From Neoconidiobolus thromboides FSU 785 (taxonomy: Eukaryota; Fungi; Entomophthoromycota), in assembly GCA_025603075.1 (NCBI GenBank), contig MU626419.1, forward strand, positions 1 to 44,734: a stretch of DNA of 44,734 bases. The letters are read 5' to 3'. The position numbers and the translations under genes are program-made. Below, in pieces: positions 13,198 through 25,440 of the stretch (position 1 is its first letter; every line of letters begins with the position of its first letter). Below the pieces are notes generated by a model that searched no databases, was not told where the DNA came from, and saw only the letters and a program-made list of their open reading frames with translations.

Positions 13198-13475
13198 AAT
13201 ATTCCATGTTTTAAAAAATAAAAGTACTTATACAATTTTTGATTATTTTATTATAGTTTATATTATGAGTAGTAAAATTCTATTAAATTTAATGAAAAAT
13301 CCCAGATTAGCAAAGTTTTTACTAATATAATCTATATATTAATATTGATCAAAGTTGTAGTATGTAAATAAATACATATTCCTATAAAATTTCATTAAGA
13401 AATATCTATTATTGACTGCTTTGTAGTCAACATTGCAGGTTTGCTATCAAACGAATAAAGTATTACAATACTATA
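13198..13475 (+). repeat. Dispersed repeat R2, copy a (no MITE inside)
   Basis: Colinear with 44268-44650, e.g. aaagttgtagtatgtaaat..tattgactgctttgtagtcaacattgcaggtttgctatcaaac vs aaagttgcagtatgtaaat..tattgactgcttttataactaacattgcagatttactatcaaat. Confidence 0.8.
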
Positions 13476-13987
13476 TGAAATATCGCTTTGTCAGCTCCAT
13501 GGTTGATTATAACATAATCACTTAAATTGTTGTGTTCTCGAGTTCGGGAACAATCAATTCAAACCCCCTTAGTTTGATTTGCTATGAGAATTTCCAGTTT
13601 CATTTCAAAGAATACTATCTTCTCGTTTTAATATTTGTACTTATCGGAGTATAAAAGGGATTTTAGAACATATTAGCTCAAGGCTTTTTAACTGAATCAT
13701 TCTCTGATATTTCGTACATTTAATAAAGCCACTAAATTCTCTTAACAGTATTTTAAGTATATTTTATAGTAGTATTGTCTATTTTACTTGTCTTACATAG
13801 TCTATAGCATATTATGTGCTATTCTTCATAATTCAGGTCTATCTTAGTTATATAAACCAAGACCTTTCGACTTGCGGCTAAGCCAATCAAGTAAAAACTG
13901 CTTTTGACTCTAACTACTGAGCGCCAGATTTCGTACTTTTGAATAAAGGTTCTTTAGGTATAAATTAATTAAACAATCTCCTATATA

Positions 13988-14081
13988 TAGGGATGTATTC
14001 TTGTATTTAAGAGTTTTAGCAATTTTTTCGCTCAAATAGTATTTAAAAGATGAAAATGGTGAACCAAAAAAAATGTTGCAA
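13988..14081 (+). mobile_element. MITE copy 6
   Basis: TA-TAGGGATGTATTCTTGTATTTAAGAGTTTTAGCAA..TCGCTCAAATAGTATTTAAAAGATGAAAA..GAACCAAAAAAA; right end decayed. Confidence 0.8.
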
Positions 14082-14559
14082 TATATTTTTAATAAGTGTT
14101 TATTATTGTTGTTATTAAGTTTCAACAATATGTATTATTTATTATAAAACTCTACAAACTTCGGGCCACTATAAATAGATATTAAAATTGATGTAAGCGA
14201 ATTATAGTGCTTATATAATGTGTTTCTCTCTATTATATTAAAACTTTTAAAAATTCTATTTTGAAGTTTAATTGTAAAAGCTTGGATTTTATTATCATTT
14301 CGATAAAAAATAAAGTCAAATAACTATATATTATATATCTATTAAATATTTAATAGAAATAGTATAAAACATAGGATTAAAAAAATAAATTAAAAATAAA
14401 TTAAAACAAGTCTTTCAAGTTAAATTTTATTTAATTTTAAGCTTCTTAAATCCAATTATTAATCACACATTAAGAGACTTGTAAATTTAGAACTTGAATT
14501 AATTTTTAAACAATTCTGAAACCAATTCAGACATCTCAAACTGATTTTTGAAAAAAACC

Positions 14560-14659
14560 TGAGGATGTTTTCTTTGATTTCATCACTTTTTCCATCTTTT
14601 AAGCGTTATTTGAGTAGAAAGGTTGTTAGTGAAATCCTAAATAAAAAAATACATCTTCA
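14560..14659 (-). mobile_element. MITE copy 7
   Basis: Reverse orientation: TGAGGATGTTTT..CATCACTTTTTCCATCTTTTAAGCGTTATTTGAG..AAAATACATCTTCA. Confidence 0.85.
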
Positions 14660-14907
14660 TTTTATTTTTTCAAGCTTAGAAACTAGAAGTAAAAGGAAAA
14701 TTTTGCTTTTAAAATGAGTTATAAATCCAAACCTAAATAATAAGCTTAATTAATTTCCACATCATTCTAATTTAATCTTTATAACCCAAACCCTATAAAA
14801 ACTATCAATCACTTGCCTTTTTGATAAAACATCAAATTCGCAGCCTTGACGTCATCTTGATAGTATTTGAATTAAAACAAATTTATCCTTTATTTTTTGA
14901 ACTTAAG

Positions 14908-17645
14908 ATGTCAATATTTAAAGCTGTTGGAAACTATATCTTTGGGGATGACCCTTCAGTAAGATCTGATCTAAAATTGGACAATGGTTCTTTGCGTTTA
15001 TATAATTTAAGAAATCTCAATAAGTTTATTACAATGTACTGCATTTTAATAATTAATTTTTATCTAATATCTTTTTTTTAGCTATAACCGATGTGAGATG
15101 TCAATCCAGAAAACTGATTATTTGTATCAACACCAACTCATTGTTTCCAGAGTCTTTGATGAGGGTGAAGAGGAAAGAGAATTAGAAAACTCAGGTAAAT
15201 AGAAAGCATTTGATCTACTTTATAACTAATTATATAGATGTAATTGACACTGAAATGACATTTTTAATTGACGAGAATATGAAATTCAAACATCAAAAAA
15301 TCAAAGAAGATAACGATGTTTATCAGGTATTTTCCTGGATTGGTCAAGATGTAATTATTTTTTTATCTATAGTTTTAAATATTAACGTTCTATAAGTCTA
15401 AAGGAAATGCTCGTAATTATGAGTTTAGAGTACTGAAAGAAGATGCTACTGACAACTATGCGAAAACTTTCTTGGATGCTATTGTTGGATGTGTTTTTGA
15501 AAGAAAATGCAATGCTTCTCGTGATCAAGCTACCATAGATGACATTGAAATGCTCACAAAACAACTGTAAGCATATTCAAAAATGAAGTAACAAATATTG
15601 ACTATTTTTTAGAGCTCAAGTTGAAATAAAGAGTGAACCACCAACACAATCAATTAAAGCAAAACTCTCCCCATTACCACCAAATTGTGTTGAAACGCTT
15701 AAAATTAAAGCTGGGTTAAATTTATATGATACTGATAAATCCATTCATGTATTTAAATCAAATGTCGATGTAAGGTTAATGAAAGAATCTGGGCCACATT
15801 ATGTTTGTAAGTTGGTAGTTTTTTCTATACGAATAATCTGACAAATTATTTTAGATTGGTTAACTGCAGAAGATGTAGATAAAGGCAACTCAGGACCTAT
15901 TTTATGCTTAAAATTAGGACTTGACTTAAATCCAAGGTTTACCAATGTAATATTTTTAACTTGTTTTTAGATATTTTCTAACCGTATATATATTAGACTT
16001 TAAAATCATTTATGTTTATAGAAAAAAGAGGTAATTAGTAGGATAAATTATTATTGATAAGTTATCTTACCTTATTAGACGGAAGATTTAATTCTTGGAT
16101 GTTAAAATTTAATGACGTAAAAAGCGATGTAGAGTTTAAGACCGTTTTTGCAAAATGCTTTTATGAAGTTGCTAACCAAAGGCCTTATGCTAAAGTCAAA
16201 GTAAGTCCTATATAATGCATAATAAAATACATTATTTAAATAAGTTGTAGGAAGACGAAAGAGTCTACATTGATAGATCTTACAATCTGGATTATGATAG
16301 CGATGGTAATTTTATTTACATATTTATTTATTTAATATTTATATTTTAATAAGAAATCGTACTTTCGGAAGAAGAAGAAGAAGCTAAACAAGAAGAACCT
16401 AAAAGGACTCCAAGCCAAAAAATTAAAAATTCTATTAAAGAGAATTTATCAGACTCAAATAATCATAACAAAAATTTATCTATTGGATACAAACATGATA
16501 GATCTTTTATCTCTCGTGGATCTAACATAGGTGTGTTTAAACATGGAAACGGAAACGAACTTGAGTATTGTGCTACTATTACTGATATTAAAGACTCTAA
16601 AGGAAAACTGACTAGTCCATCTAAGGTATTGTAATTCATAATAATATTTTTTTAATTTCTTAAGGTTTGTAGATGATGCTCCATAACCAAGATTCTTCTT
16701 TACTTTTAATGTTACCTAACGATAAATCTACATTATACGATTTGGATCTTGAAAGTGGGACCATTAAACAGAAAATCCAAGTCCATGATAAAATCAAATG
16801 TGATGATATTTTTTCAACTTCAAAGTATGCTCAAATGACATCAGAACAGACTTTATATGGATTAAATCCAAATTCTATGTATCGTATAGATCCACGTATC
16901 GGCGGTAAAAGTAGTATTGTACCAACCGAATTAAAGAGGTATGCTACTAAAGTTCAATTTATATGTGCAGCTACAACTCCAACTGGTGAAATTGCAGTTG
17001 CTTCGGAAAATGGTGAAATCCTGCTTTATAATCAAATAGGCAAGAATGCAAAGACCGCATTACCACCAAATGGGGATAAGATTTATGGGTTGGATATCAC
17101 TAACGATGGACAATATATAATTGCAACTTGTAAAACCTATCTTCTATTAGTTGATTGTAGAATCTATTCGGATGTTCAAAAGAGAACCGGATTCCAAAAA
17201 TCCTTCCCTAAAGACGAGAAACCTGCTCTAAAAAGACTTCAATTAAAGCCAGAACATGTTGCTCAAATTTCTCAAGATATTAATTTTACACCAGCCAAAT
17301 TTAATGCTGGTCAAGATATTCTTGAGAAGTATATAGTTACCAGTACCGGTAACTATGTGGTTTTATGGAACTTTCGTCAAGTTAAGATCGGTAAAACCTT
17401 TGCATATTCCTTAAAACAATATGAAGAAAGTATAGTTGGCGATAACTTCCGATTCAATCAGGATAGAACTATCGTTGTTGCTATGCCTAACGATTTGACC
17501 ATGGCCTCTCAAGGCGAGTTTAGAACTCCAGCTAATTTATTTCAAAAGGTAAACTTTATAGATAATTATTTATTTTATTTTTTTATTTAAAATTGATTTT
17601 TAGGGGAAGAAATCCAAGTCTTCTGTTGTAAATTCACCATCTTAG
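14908..17645 (+). CDS. VID27: Vacuolar import and degradation protein 27, multi-exon
   Basis: N-terminus MSIFKAVGNYIFG; HQLIVSRVFDEGEEE; C-terminal beta-propeller MMLHNQD..LDLESG..YRIDPR..KTALP..GLDITNDGQYIIATC..FTPAKFN..IVGDNFRF; last exon ends VVNSPS* (TAG 17643-17645). Confidence 0.92.
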
Positions 17646-18127
17646 GAAGCTACTAGTAATCATTCTCTAATATCTATTCTGAAACAAGCACATGCCATGA
17701 AAACTTTATGCTTGGTATCAGTTTTGTTATGCTATAAAGAATAAAAATCTTATTCTGATGTATTTTATAACCATCCGTTTTAATCAAATAACTTGCCTAA
17801 ATATTATAATTTTAAACTAAAATAGATTAGACCTATAGCACTATTTTATTATATTTTAAAAAGAAACATTGTAAGTGTTAAAAGGTCATAATAACTCTGA
17901 CTAATATTCTACAAAAATGTTAAATGTTTAGATTGAAATAGGAACAATGTATTCTTTAATGTCTAAACGTTTAATTCGTATATATATTAATGATTAAATA
18001 TTATGATAAATGTACTATCAGCTTATCTATGATTAAAGCTTTTCTTTTTCTATTTCTATTTCTATTTCTATTAAACCAATAATGATAATCCTATATAAAC
18101 TACATTAACTCAATAATTGAGGAATCC

Positions 18128-18160
18128 AAAATAAAAATAAAAATAAAAATAAAAATAAAA
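18128..18160. repeat. (AAAAAT)n microsatellite
   Basis: Direct reading aaaataaaaataaaaataaaaataaaaataaaa. Confidence 0.8.
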
Positions 18161-18697
18161 GCTACTAATAAAAAGCAATATTAAAACGGATAATAATATC
18201 TAATAACAGGTAAAATTGAATTTTTTATACGATTTCGCCCTATTTCATATAAGGATTTCTATCATATTCTCGCTTGGTAATTTCTCAACTTATATTAAGA
18301 TGTTTGTCATTTTAAACTCTACTCTTTCAACAAGCTTTTTACATCAATGTAACATGACCATTTGATATTAACACTGAAAATCGTTTTATACTTCTTTAGC
18401 GGCTATCAATAACAGGTTAGTTGAATGGCTTTTTATTTCCTGACATTTTTAAAAAATATCATAAGGCGCGATCTAAAGATATTTGTAAAACTATCATAAA
18501 CTAAGGTGGTCCTTATAAAACATCTAGTACTATTTGCTTGACTAAAATTAAAAACTTCAAATATTTTCTTATTAATTTTTAATACAGATCATTTTGCAAA
18601 ATTACAATGCAAATTTCGGCTAAAGCTGAGTTGTATTCGTCATACTAAATAAACTTCAATTGGATTTATTTTTAACTTTGATTGAAATTTAAACAAA

Positions 18698-20462
18698 ATG
18701 GCGTATGGAAACATAGAAAAAATGGAAAAAGATTACACTAAGGAGGTGGATGAGCTATTGGTGCGCGTTGAAAATTTGTTAAAAGTAACAATACAACTAA
18801 TCATAAGATAAATACTAACCTTTTAGGAAAACAAAATTGAAGCTACACTAGAAAGTTTAACTAGTTTTGAAAAAAAGACAAGAAATGTAATTTATTTTGA
18901 ATCCTTTTCTTTGATTGTTAATTCATTGTTTAGGCTGGTGACTCTATTTCTACAGGTCGAATTTTGGAGCAGATTGTTAAAGTGCACCATCATGCTGGAG
19001 ACTGGAAAGGACTTAATGAGTCTATTACCACTTTATCTAAAAAGCATGGACAACTCAAACAAGTAATTAAAACCTTCTGTTTTGTTTTAAAAGCTAAACT
19101 TTGCACTAGGCAAACACAAAATTGGTTCAATGTGCTATGACTTATCTCGATAACACTCCAGATATGGAAACCAAATTAGCTTTAATAGCTACTTTGAGAA
19201 CTGTGACTGAAGGCAAAGTATTGAATTATTTGTGAGAAATTTTGAGATTTACTAAACTTTAAAAGATTTTTGTAGAGGTTGAGCGCGCCAATCTTACTAG
19301 AATGTTAGCTAAAATCAAAGAAGAGGAAGGCAATCTTGTAGAAGCTTCCAATATTTTACAAGAATTACAAGTAGGATTTAATGATCTTTTTTTAAATATC
19401 TTTTAATTATTTGAATAGGTAGAAACTTTTGGATCTATGGAAAAGAGAGACAAAACAGATTTTATATTAGAACAGATGCGATTATGTTTATTAACTGAAG
19501 ATTATATTCGTACTGTGATAATAAGTAAAAAGATTAATACTTCTTTTTTTAAAAATTCAGAAAATGATGTAAATATATAATTATTTTCAAAATTCATAGC
19601 TAACTTTCATTCGTAGGATTTAAAATTACGCTTCTATAAACTTATGATTGAATACTCTTTGCATGAAGGCGAATATCTTAATATTTGCAAATATTATAGA
19701 GAAATTTATAACACTAAGAGTTTAGACTCAGATGAAGAAGCTAAGGCTGATGCGCTCAGTAGAAGTTTATTATTCTGTATTCTTTCACCATATGATCATG
19801 AACAATCAGACCTCCTTCACCGTATTTTAACTGATAAACAATGCGAAGAAATTGCATCTTTAGCTACGTAAGTTTTACTTAAATTTATTAAATTTTATTT
19901 ATCATATTTTAGTGAGTTAGCCAAGATCTTTACTGCTGATGAATTGATGCGCTGGCCAGTCATTGAAGAAACTTATGGACCAACCCTAGTTAAACTTGAA
20001 GTTTTCAAAACAGGTACTATGGATGGATTAAAGCGCTGGGAAGATTTCCATGCTCGAGTCATTGAACATGTAATAAATACGTACTATTTTTTTAATCCAC
20101 TTTTAAACATTTTTATAGAACATCCGTATTATATCTAAATATTACACTCGTGTTACTTTGGAACGCCTTACTCAGCTTTTAGATCAAACCATTGAGGTAA
20201 ATAATAATATTTTATTAGATAGTAGTGACTTAATTTTTTTTAGGAAACCGAGGAATTCCTTTCTAATTTAGTAGTTAAAAAGACGATTTATGCACGTATA
20301 GATCGCCCAGCAGGAATTGTATCCTTTGTTAAACCACGTAATACTGTAGAAGTATTAGGGGATTGGACCAGTGATGTGAATAGTTTATTAAACTTGATCG
20401 AGCAAACTACTCATTTAATTTCTAAAGAAGAAATGGTTCACAAAATCTCACAAACCATGTAA
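18698..20462 (+). CDS. RPN5: 26S proteasome lid subunit Rpn5 (PSMD12), multi-exon
   Basis: Spliced peptides [89 protein letters not shown]. Confidence 0.96.
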
Positions 20463-20571
20463 GGTAGAATGAAATAGTTTTTTTATTAATAAAGGGGAGT
20501 TAAATCATTTTGTTTTGTGTTATTTTATTAAGTCATAAAAATTTACTTATATGAAATGAACAATGCTCTTA

Positions 20572-22714
20572 TCAGATGTAATCAGCTTTTAAAGCTTTCT
20601 TGTTAACTTTACCCATAGCATTTTTAGGGATTTGATCTAATACCTCAAATCTATTAGGTAGCTTATAGTCAGCTAATTTATCAGATAAAAAAGTCAATAG
20701 CTTCTCTTTATCAAAAGAGTAACCACTCTATAAGTAAATGTTAATCTACAACTTATATCAATGACTTATTTACCTTCAAAACTAATAAAGCCAATATACT
20801 TTCCCCAAACTCTTGATGGGGAAGACCCAATACAGTACACTCTGAAATAGCCTCAAAGTCTAAAATTTCCTTTTCAATTTCTAATGCTGATAGTTTAAAT
20901 CCTTTATACTTTAATTATGATTAGTACTTTCGAATTATAAATTGAACTATTCTTACTTTAATAATATCGACACTGTTTCGCCCTAAAATTCGGTATCCAT
21001 GATCCAAAGTTAATTCCGCAATGTCTCCTGTTTTAAACCTGAACAAAGTCAACAATTTTGTTTAAACTTGGTATAATGTTACCATCCATCTTTAGTGAAC
21101 GCTTCTTTTGTTGCTATTTCATTTTTCCAATACCTGATTGAATTAAAATTACAATATACAATTATGATGCAAATAAACTATTACTCTTTAAATACTGAAG
21201 GTCCACGGATTTGAATTTCCCCAGATTGATTGTTATTATAAATGACATTATTATCTTCATCTACCAATCTTATTTCTACTGTAGGAAAGGGAAGTCCGAC
21301 GTGACCCTAATTTGAAATTAGTTATTATTATATATTTTTAACGACACCTACCTTAGTTCTTTCTTCAATTGGAGAATAAGGATTTGTTAAAGCCATCCCA
21401 ATCTCACTCATACCATATCTTTCTAATAGCTTATGGCCAGAAATCTGATGCCATTGGTCGAATACAGTACTTGGTAAAGCGGAAGAGCCAGAGGCCATTA
21501 AACGATAAGATTTGAAATTTTCAGTTACCTGTTTTTTCTCTTCGTCAGTTAACTTACTATAACATTGAATCAATGTAGCTAAATAAAATTTAAAAACTAG
21601 TCTTAAGGTTAAAGTAAACGAGTACCATAGATTGTTGGAACAGCCATAAACATATTGATTTGCTTATTGGTTAAAAATTGTTTCCATAATTGATCTGGAT
21701 TATATTTTATAAACTGTACGGTACCTCCATTGTATAGTATACAGTTTAAAGCCTTTATTTTTAAATTTGATTGATTGATTGATTAAATAGTAAAACTTAC
21801 ATTTATTACTCCCTTAATTAAATTATTAATATTAAGTGATAAATCATTTAGCTAGTATTGCCTTACATGAACGTGATGCAATGGCAAACAATGCAGGATA
21901 TGGTCACTTTTTTGATAGTCCCAAGCTGTAGTTAAAGCATCCATCATGGCCAATATATTTTTATATGTCAATACCACCCCTTTGGGTTTACCTATATAAT
22001 ATTTAATCGACTCGTTCTCATACAAATTATTTCACTTACCAGTGGTACCAGATGTATAAATAAACAATGCTTCCTTTTCAAGATCAAACTCAAAAAACTC
22101 AAAATCAAGATTTGAATTCTCAGCTAAAAGGATTTCTTTAGTTAGTGGAATACATTCGATGTTTATATTTTGTTTTAGTTGTTTAACCTTATCCTCATAC
22201 TGTGGATGATACAATAACACTTTTGATTGACTATTTTCTAGTACATATTCTAATTCTTTAATAGGATGTGACAAGCCTAGAAGGTTAGTACTATTAGGTA
22301 CTATTATTGTTTTGAATAGCCAAATTTACCCAACGGTACCGCTGTTGCTCCACAGGCCCATATTCCCCATTGCGTACAGGCGTATTCTAAACTGTTTGGC
22401 ATCAAGTATGCTACCCTTTCTGCTTGTAAAAACCTTAAAGATAAAAAATGCGACTATAAGGATTGACTAATAAGTACTTACTTCTTTTTTTGATCCTTCA
22501 GTAACATGTTTTTGATCCTATGAACCCCTTGGAATACCTGACTATAAGTATAGGCTTTATTATCCTCGATGATGCTTGATTTGGTTAGGTCATTGTTTAA
22601 GTTTCTGAGTGGCTTAGTGAATATAGGTATTAATGGTAAGTTTAGTTTTGATGAATACATTCTGTGCGTTGAGATGAAGAGTCTTTGTTTGAATAGGTTT
22701 GATAACCGCAACAT
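20572..22714 (-). CDS. ACSF3: ACSF3-like acyl-CoA synthetase (malonate-CoA ligase type) with mitochondrial-type presequence, multi-exon
   Basis: AMP-binding [51 protein letters not shown]; Arg/Ser/Leu-rich N-terminus [11 protein letters not shown]. Confidence 0.88.
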
Positions 22715-23277
22715 TTAATTAAAAAATATTTTATTTTGTAACGTCACGGTTCTTAATTTTTAATCAAAATGGCTATAATAAAAATAGGAATGAAGTAATT
22801 TAAAATTGAACTATAAAAAGTAATGGGATAATTAAATCATAAGATTACATCTACTACTTTTAGCTTCGTCAATAGATTTAGCGTTAATGAAGTCTATTTA
22901 TTTTGTATCAAAGCTGCTAAATGAATAATAGTGTAGAATGATGCCACATTAATTAAATACAGCCATGTTATTGAGCTTGAAATTTTTAGTTCTATAGTTT
23001 AACAATATTATTTATTCAGAATACTATCTAGTTTTTGGTATTTGTAAGTTGTTTTAATGCCCCGTCTTAAAGTCTTGTTGTTTAAGTTCGTATAGTGTTT
23101 AATATATATATAATTTATTTAAATGATAATTTAATATTTTCACTATAAATTCCTATATTAAAATCATTTACTACTGCTAACTATCAATATAACTTTGTAT
23201 AGTTTATTAGTATCACAAATAAAATATCACTGAAGCGACTGAGTGTACAGTACTAATCAAAGTTAGTTCTTAAACAA

Positions 23278-23946
23278 CTAAGCCTTTGGAGTATATTTTT
23301 TACGTTCTTGCGCGTATTTAAACTCTCCAACGACTTCCTTGACCTCAGGTATTTGAGAAATACGCTCAAAGTAACTAGAAAAATTAGGATATTGATCACG
23401 ATGCTCTTTCGTGTAAAACATACGATAGAGTCCATCCATAACACAAAACATAAATACATCTGCCAAAGTAATATGATTTCCAACTAAATACTCTTTTCCT
23501 TTGATTTCGTTATCAAGATAACTCAATGCTTTATCAATACGTGTATAAGCTGTTTCTTCGACTTTTTTATCATACTCAGCAAAGCCAAATAATGGCATAT
23601 ACAATTGAAGGGCTGGGGGAGTGATTTGAGTTGCACCGTAATAAGAATATTGAAGGATCTTAGCATAATCATTTTTATTAGAGCCTAATAGAGGGTTGTT
23701 TTCTTTTTGTGAAGCGATGTAAAAAGTAATGGCATCAGATTCTGTCAATAAAAGACCATCTTTAGATTCAAAAGCAGGTGCTTGACCTAATGGAAATTTA
23801 GCAATATATTCTTCAGTCTTATTATCAACACCGAATTTAAAGTTTGGATCGTAATCGATTTCAACATTGCTAAGCTTAGCTGCAATCAAAATTTTATTTG
23901 CTCTTTCGTAGTTTGGTATACTATGTAAGCGTCCTACTGCACCCAT
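23278..23946 (-). CDS. GST-fold protein of the EF1Bgamma N-terminal type, stand-alone, 222 aa, intronless
   Basis: Likely start MGAVGRLH (23946); KFPLGQAPAFE..DG..LTESDAI, KEYLVG.HITLAD; stops after RKKYTPKA with no EF1G C-terminal domain. Confidence 0.85.
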   Translation of the reverse strand: MGAVGRLHSIPNYERANKILIAAKLSNVEIDYDPNFKFGVDNKTEEYIAKFPLGQAPAFESKDGLLLTESDAITFYIASQKENNPLLGSNKNDYAKILQYSYYGATQITPPALQLYMPLFGFAEYDKKVEETAYTRIDKALSYLDNEIKGKEYLVGNHITLADVFMFCVMDGLYRMFYTKEHRDQYPNFSSYFERISQIPEVKEVVGEFKYAQERKKYTPKA

Positions 23947-24261
23947 TTTATTCTGTTTTTTGGAATAGTTAAATAAAAACAACACTTTTAAGAATTTATT
24001 CCGAAGTTAAAAATGATGACGAGTTATTCTTAATTGGTAAATAAATTTAAATAAAGGGGCTTTATTGGTTCACTTATACTCATAAACCCAAAAAATATTT
24101 TTATTTTAATGCAATGAAGCCATTAAGAATAAGCATTCCGATATATACTTCATTTGTATGGTTTATTAAAATAAAATTACAATTTTCATTTGCTCATTAA
24201 ATTATGCTTATGGTTATGTAAATAACAACTAAAAAATTGTTAAATTCATTTTCACTATTTT

Positions 24262-25056
24262 ATGGATAACCCAAACAACAATCCCAACTCATATCAACCC
24301 GATTCAAACCCACGAAAATCTGGAATACACGCCATCCTCAATACTGAAGATATGCTTTACAATCAATCCTATGATGTATCATCAAAACCCTTGAACTCAG
24401 TTCCAAATCAATATGAAGTAGACCCTAATTTACAGTCCATCCCAAATAAAAATATGCCTATAGAGCCAAATGAAGTTGCCAGAAGAGTAGCTCATCTTTC
24501 TATCAATTCCCCAAGAAACCGCCATCCACCAGCTATTTCTCCTTATCAATCTGGGTCTAGTCGCTGCGACTCACCAAACTCTAATCAAAGTGGAATGATA
24601 CGTTCTCATGGCAGTCTAACACCATACTATACTAGATCAACTGGTACAAACTCAAGGGATGAAATCAACTCGTCATCAGGCAAACCAAATGAGACAGCCA
24701 TTGAAAAGAGACAAAGACGCCTTATAAGAAATAGAATAGCAGCACAAGATTCACGCTTAAAGAAAAAGATGTATGTATCTGAGTTGGAAGAGAAAGTGAA
24801 ACGGTTAGAAAATGAGAACTTTAAGTTACATCATGATATTGTTATGTTGAATGATAAGCTACAGAATGGGGTTGTAATTAATGAGATCGATCAGGAAACT
24901 ATTACTGCAAACCATCATCAGCCTTTATTACCGCCCGATGTTAGGAAATTTTCTATACCAGAACATTTATTGCCTCCTCGTCCTCTATCTACTCCACCTG
25001 TTTCAACTAAGGAGGGGAAATATAAGGGAAACCGTGAGGATGATGAACAAAATTAA
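24262..25056 (+). CDS. bZIP transcription factor, 264 aa, intronless
   Basis: Basic region KRQRRLIRNRIAAQDSRLKKK followed by a heptad zipper (LEEKVKRLENENFKL); low-complexity N/P/S-rich N-terminus. Confidence 0.9.
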   Translation: MDNPNNNPNSYQPDSNPRKSGIHAILNTEDMLYNQSYDVSSKPLNSVPNQYEVDPNLQSIPNKNMPIEPNEVARRVAHLSINSPRNRHPPAISPYQSGSSRCDSPNSNQSGMIRSHGSLTPYYTRSTGTNSRDEINSSSGKPNETAIEKRQRRLIRNRIAAQDSRLKKKMYVSELEEKVKRLENENFKLHHDIVMLNDKLQNGVVINEIDQETITANHHQPLLPPDVRKFSIPEHLLPPRPLSTPPVSTKEGKYKGNREDDEQN

Positions 25057-25440
25057 TATCTTTTATAAGTCATATCTGTTGTACTCTTAAGTTAATTATC
25101 AATGATTTTGTTCAGATTCTAGTTTAATAATACGAAATTAATATTGTAAGTATTTTGTATTCTATCATTATTACTTTGATTATAGATGTGAAATTGTTTT
25201 ATCCTGTTTCACAAAGCAACCTTATAGCTTTAATAAATATATATTCGTTTTTAGTGTTTAATTTTTTTATGTGTTCAAATTTAAATCATTACACTTTTAA
25301 TTTAGTTCCTTTAATTTATAAATTAGTTTAAGCTGTTTTGCTTATCAAAGGATAAATATGAAAAGGAGCATGTAAACCTGGTGAACTCAAAAATCAAACT
25401 AACAAAAACAAGAAAACAAATTAGATTAATTCTCGTTTAT

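Noticed and set aside
24262-25056. bZIP as HAC1/XBP1 with an IRE1-spliced intron
   Set aside because: I found no paired CNGNNG stem-loop splice sites after the zipper; the basic region is generic ATF/CREB-like.
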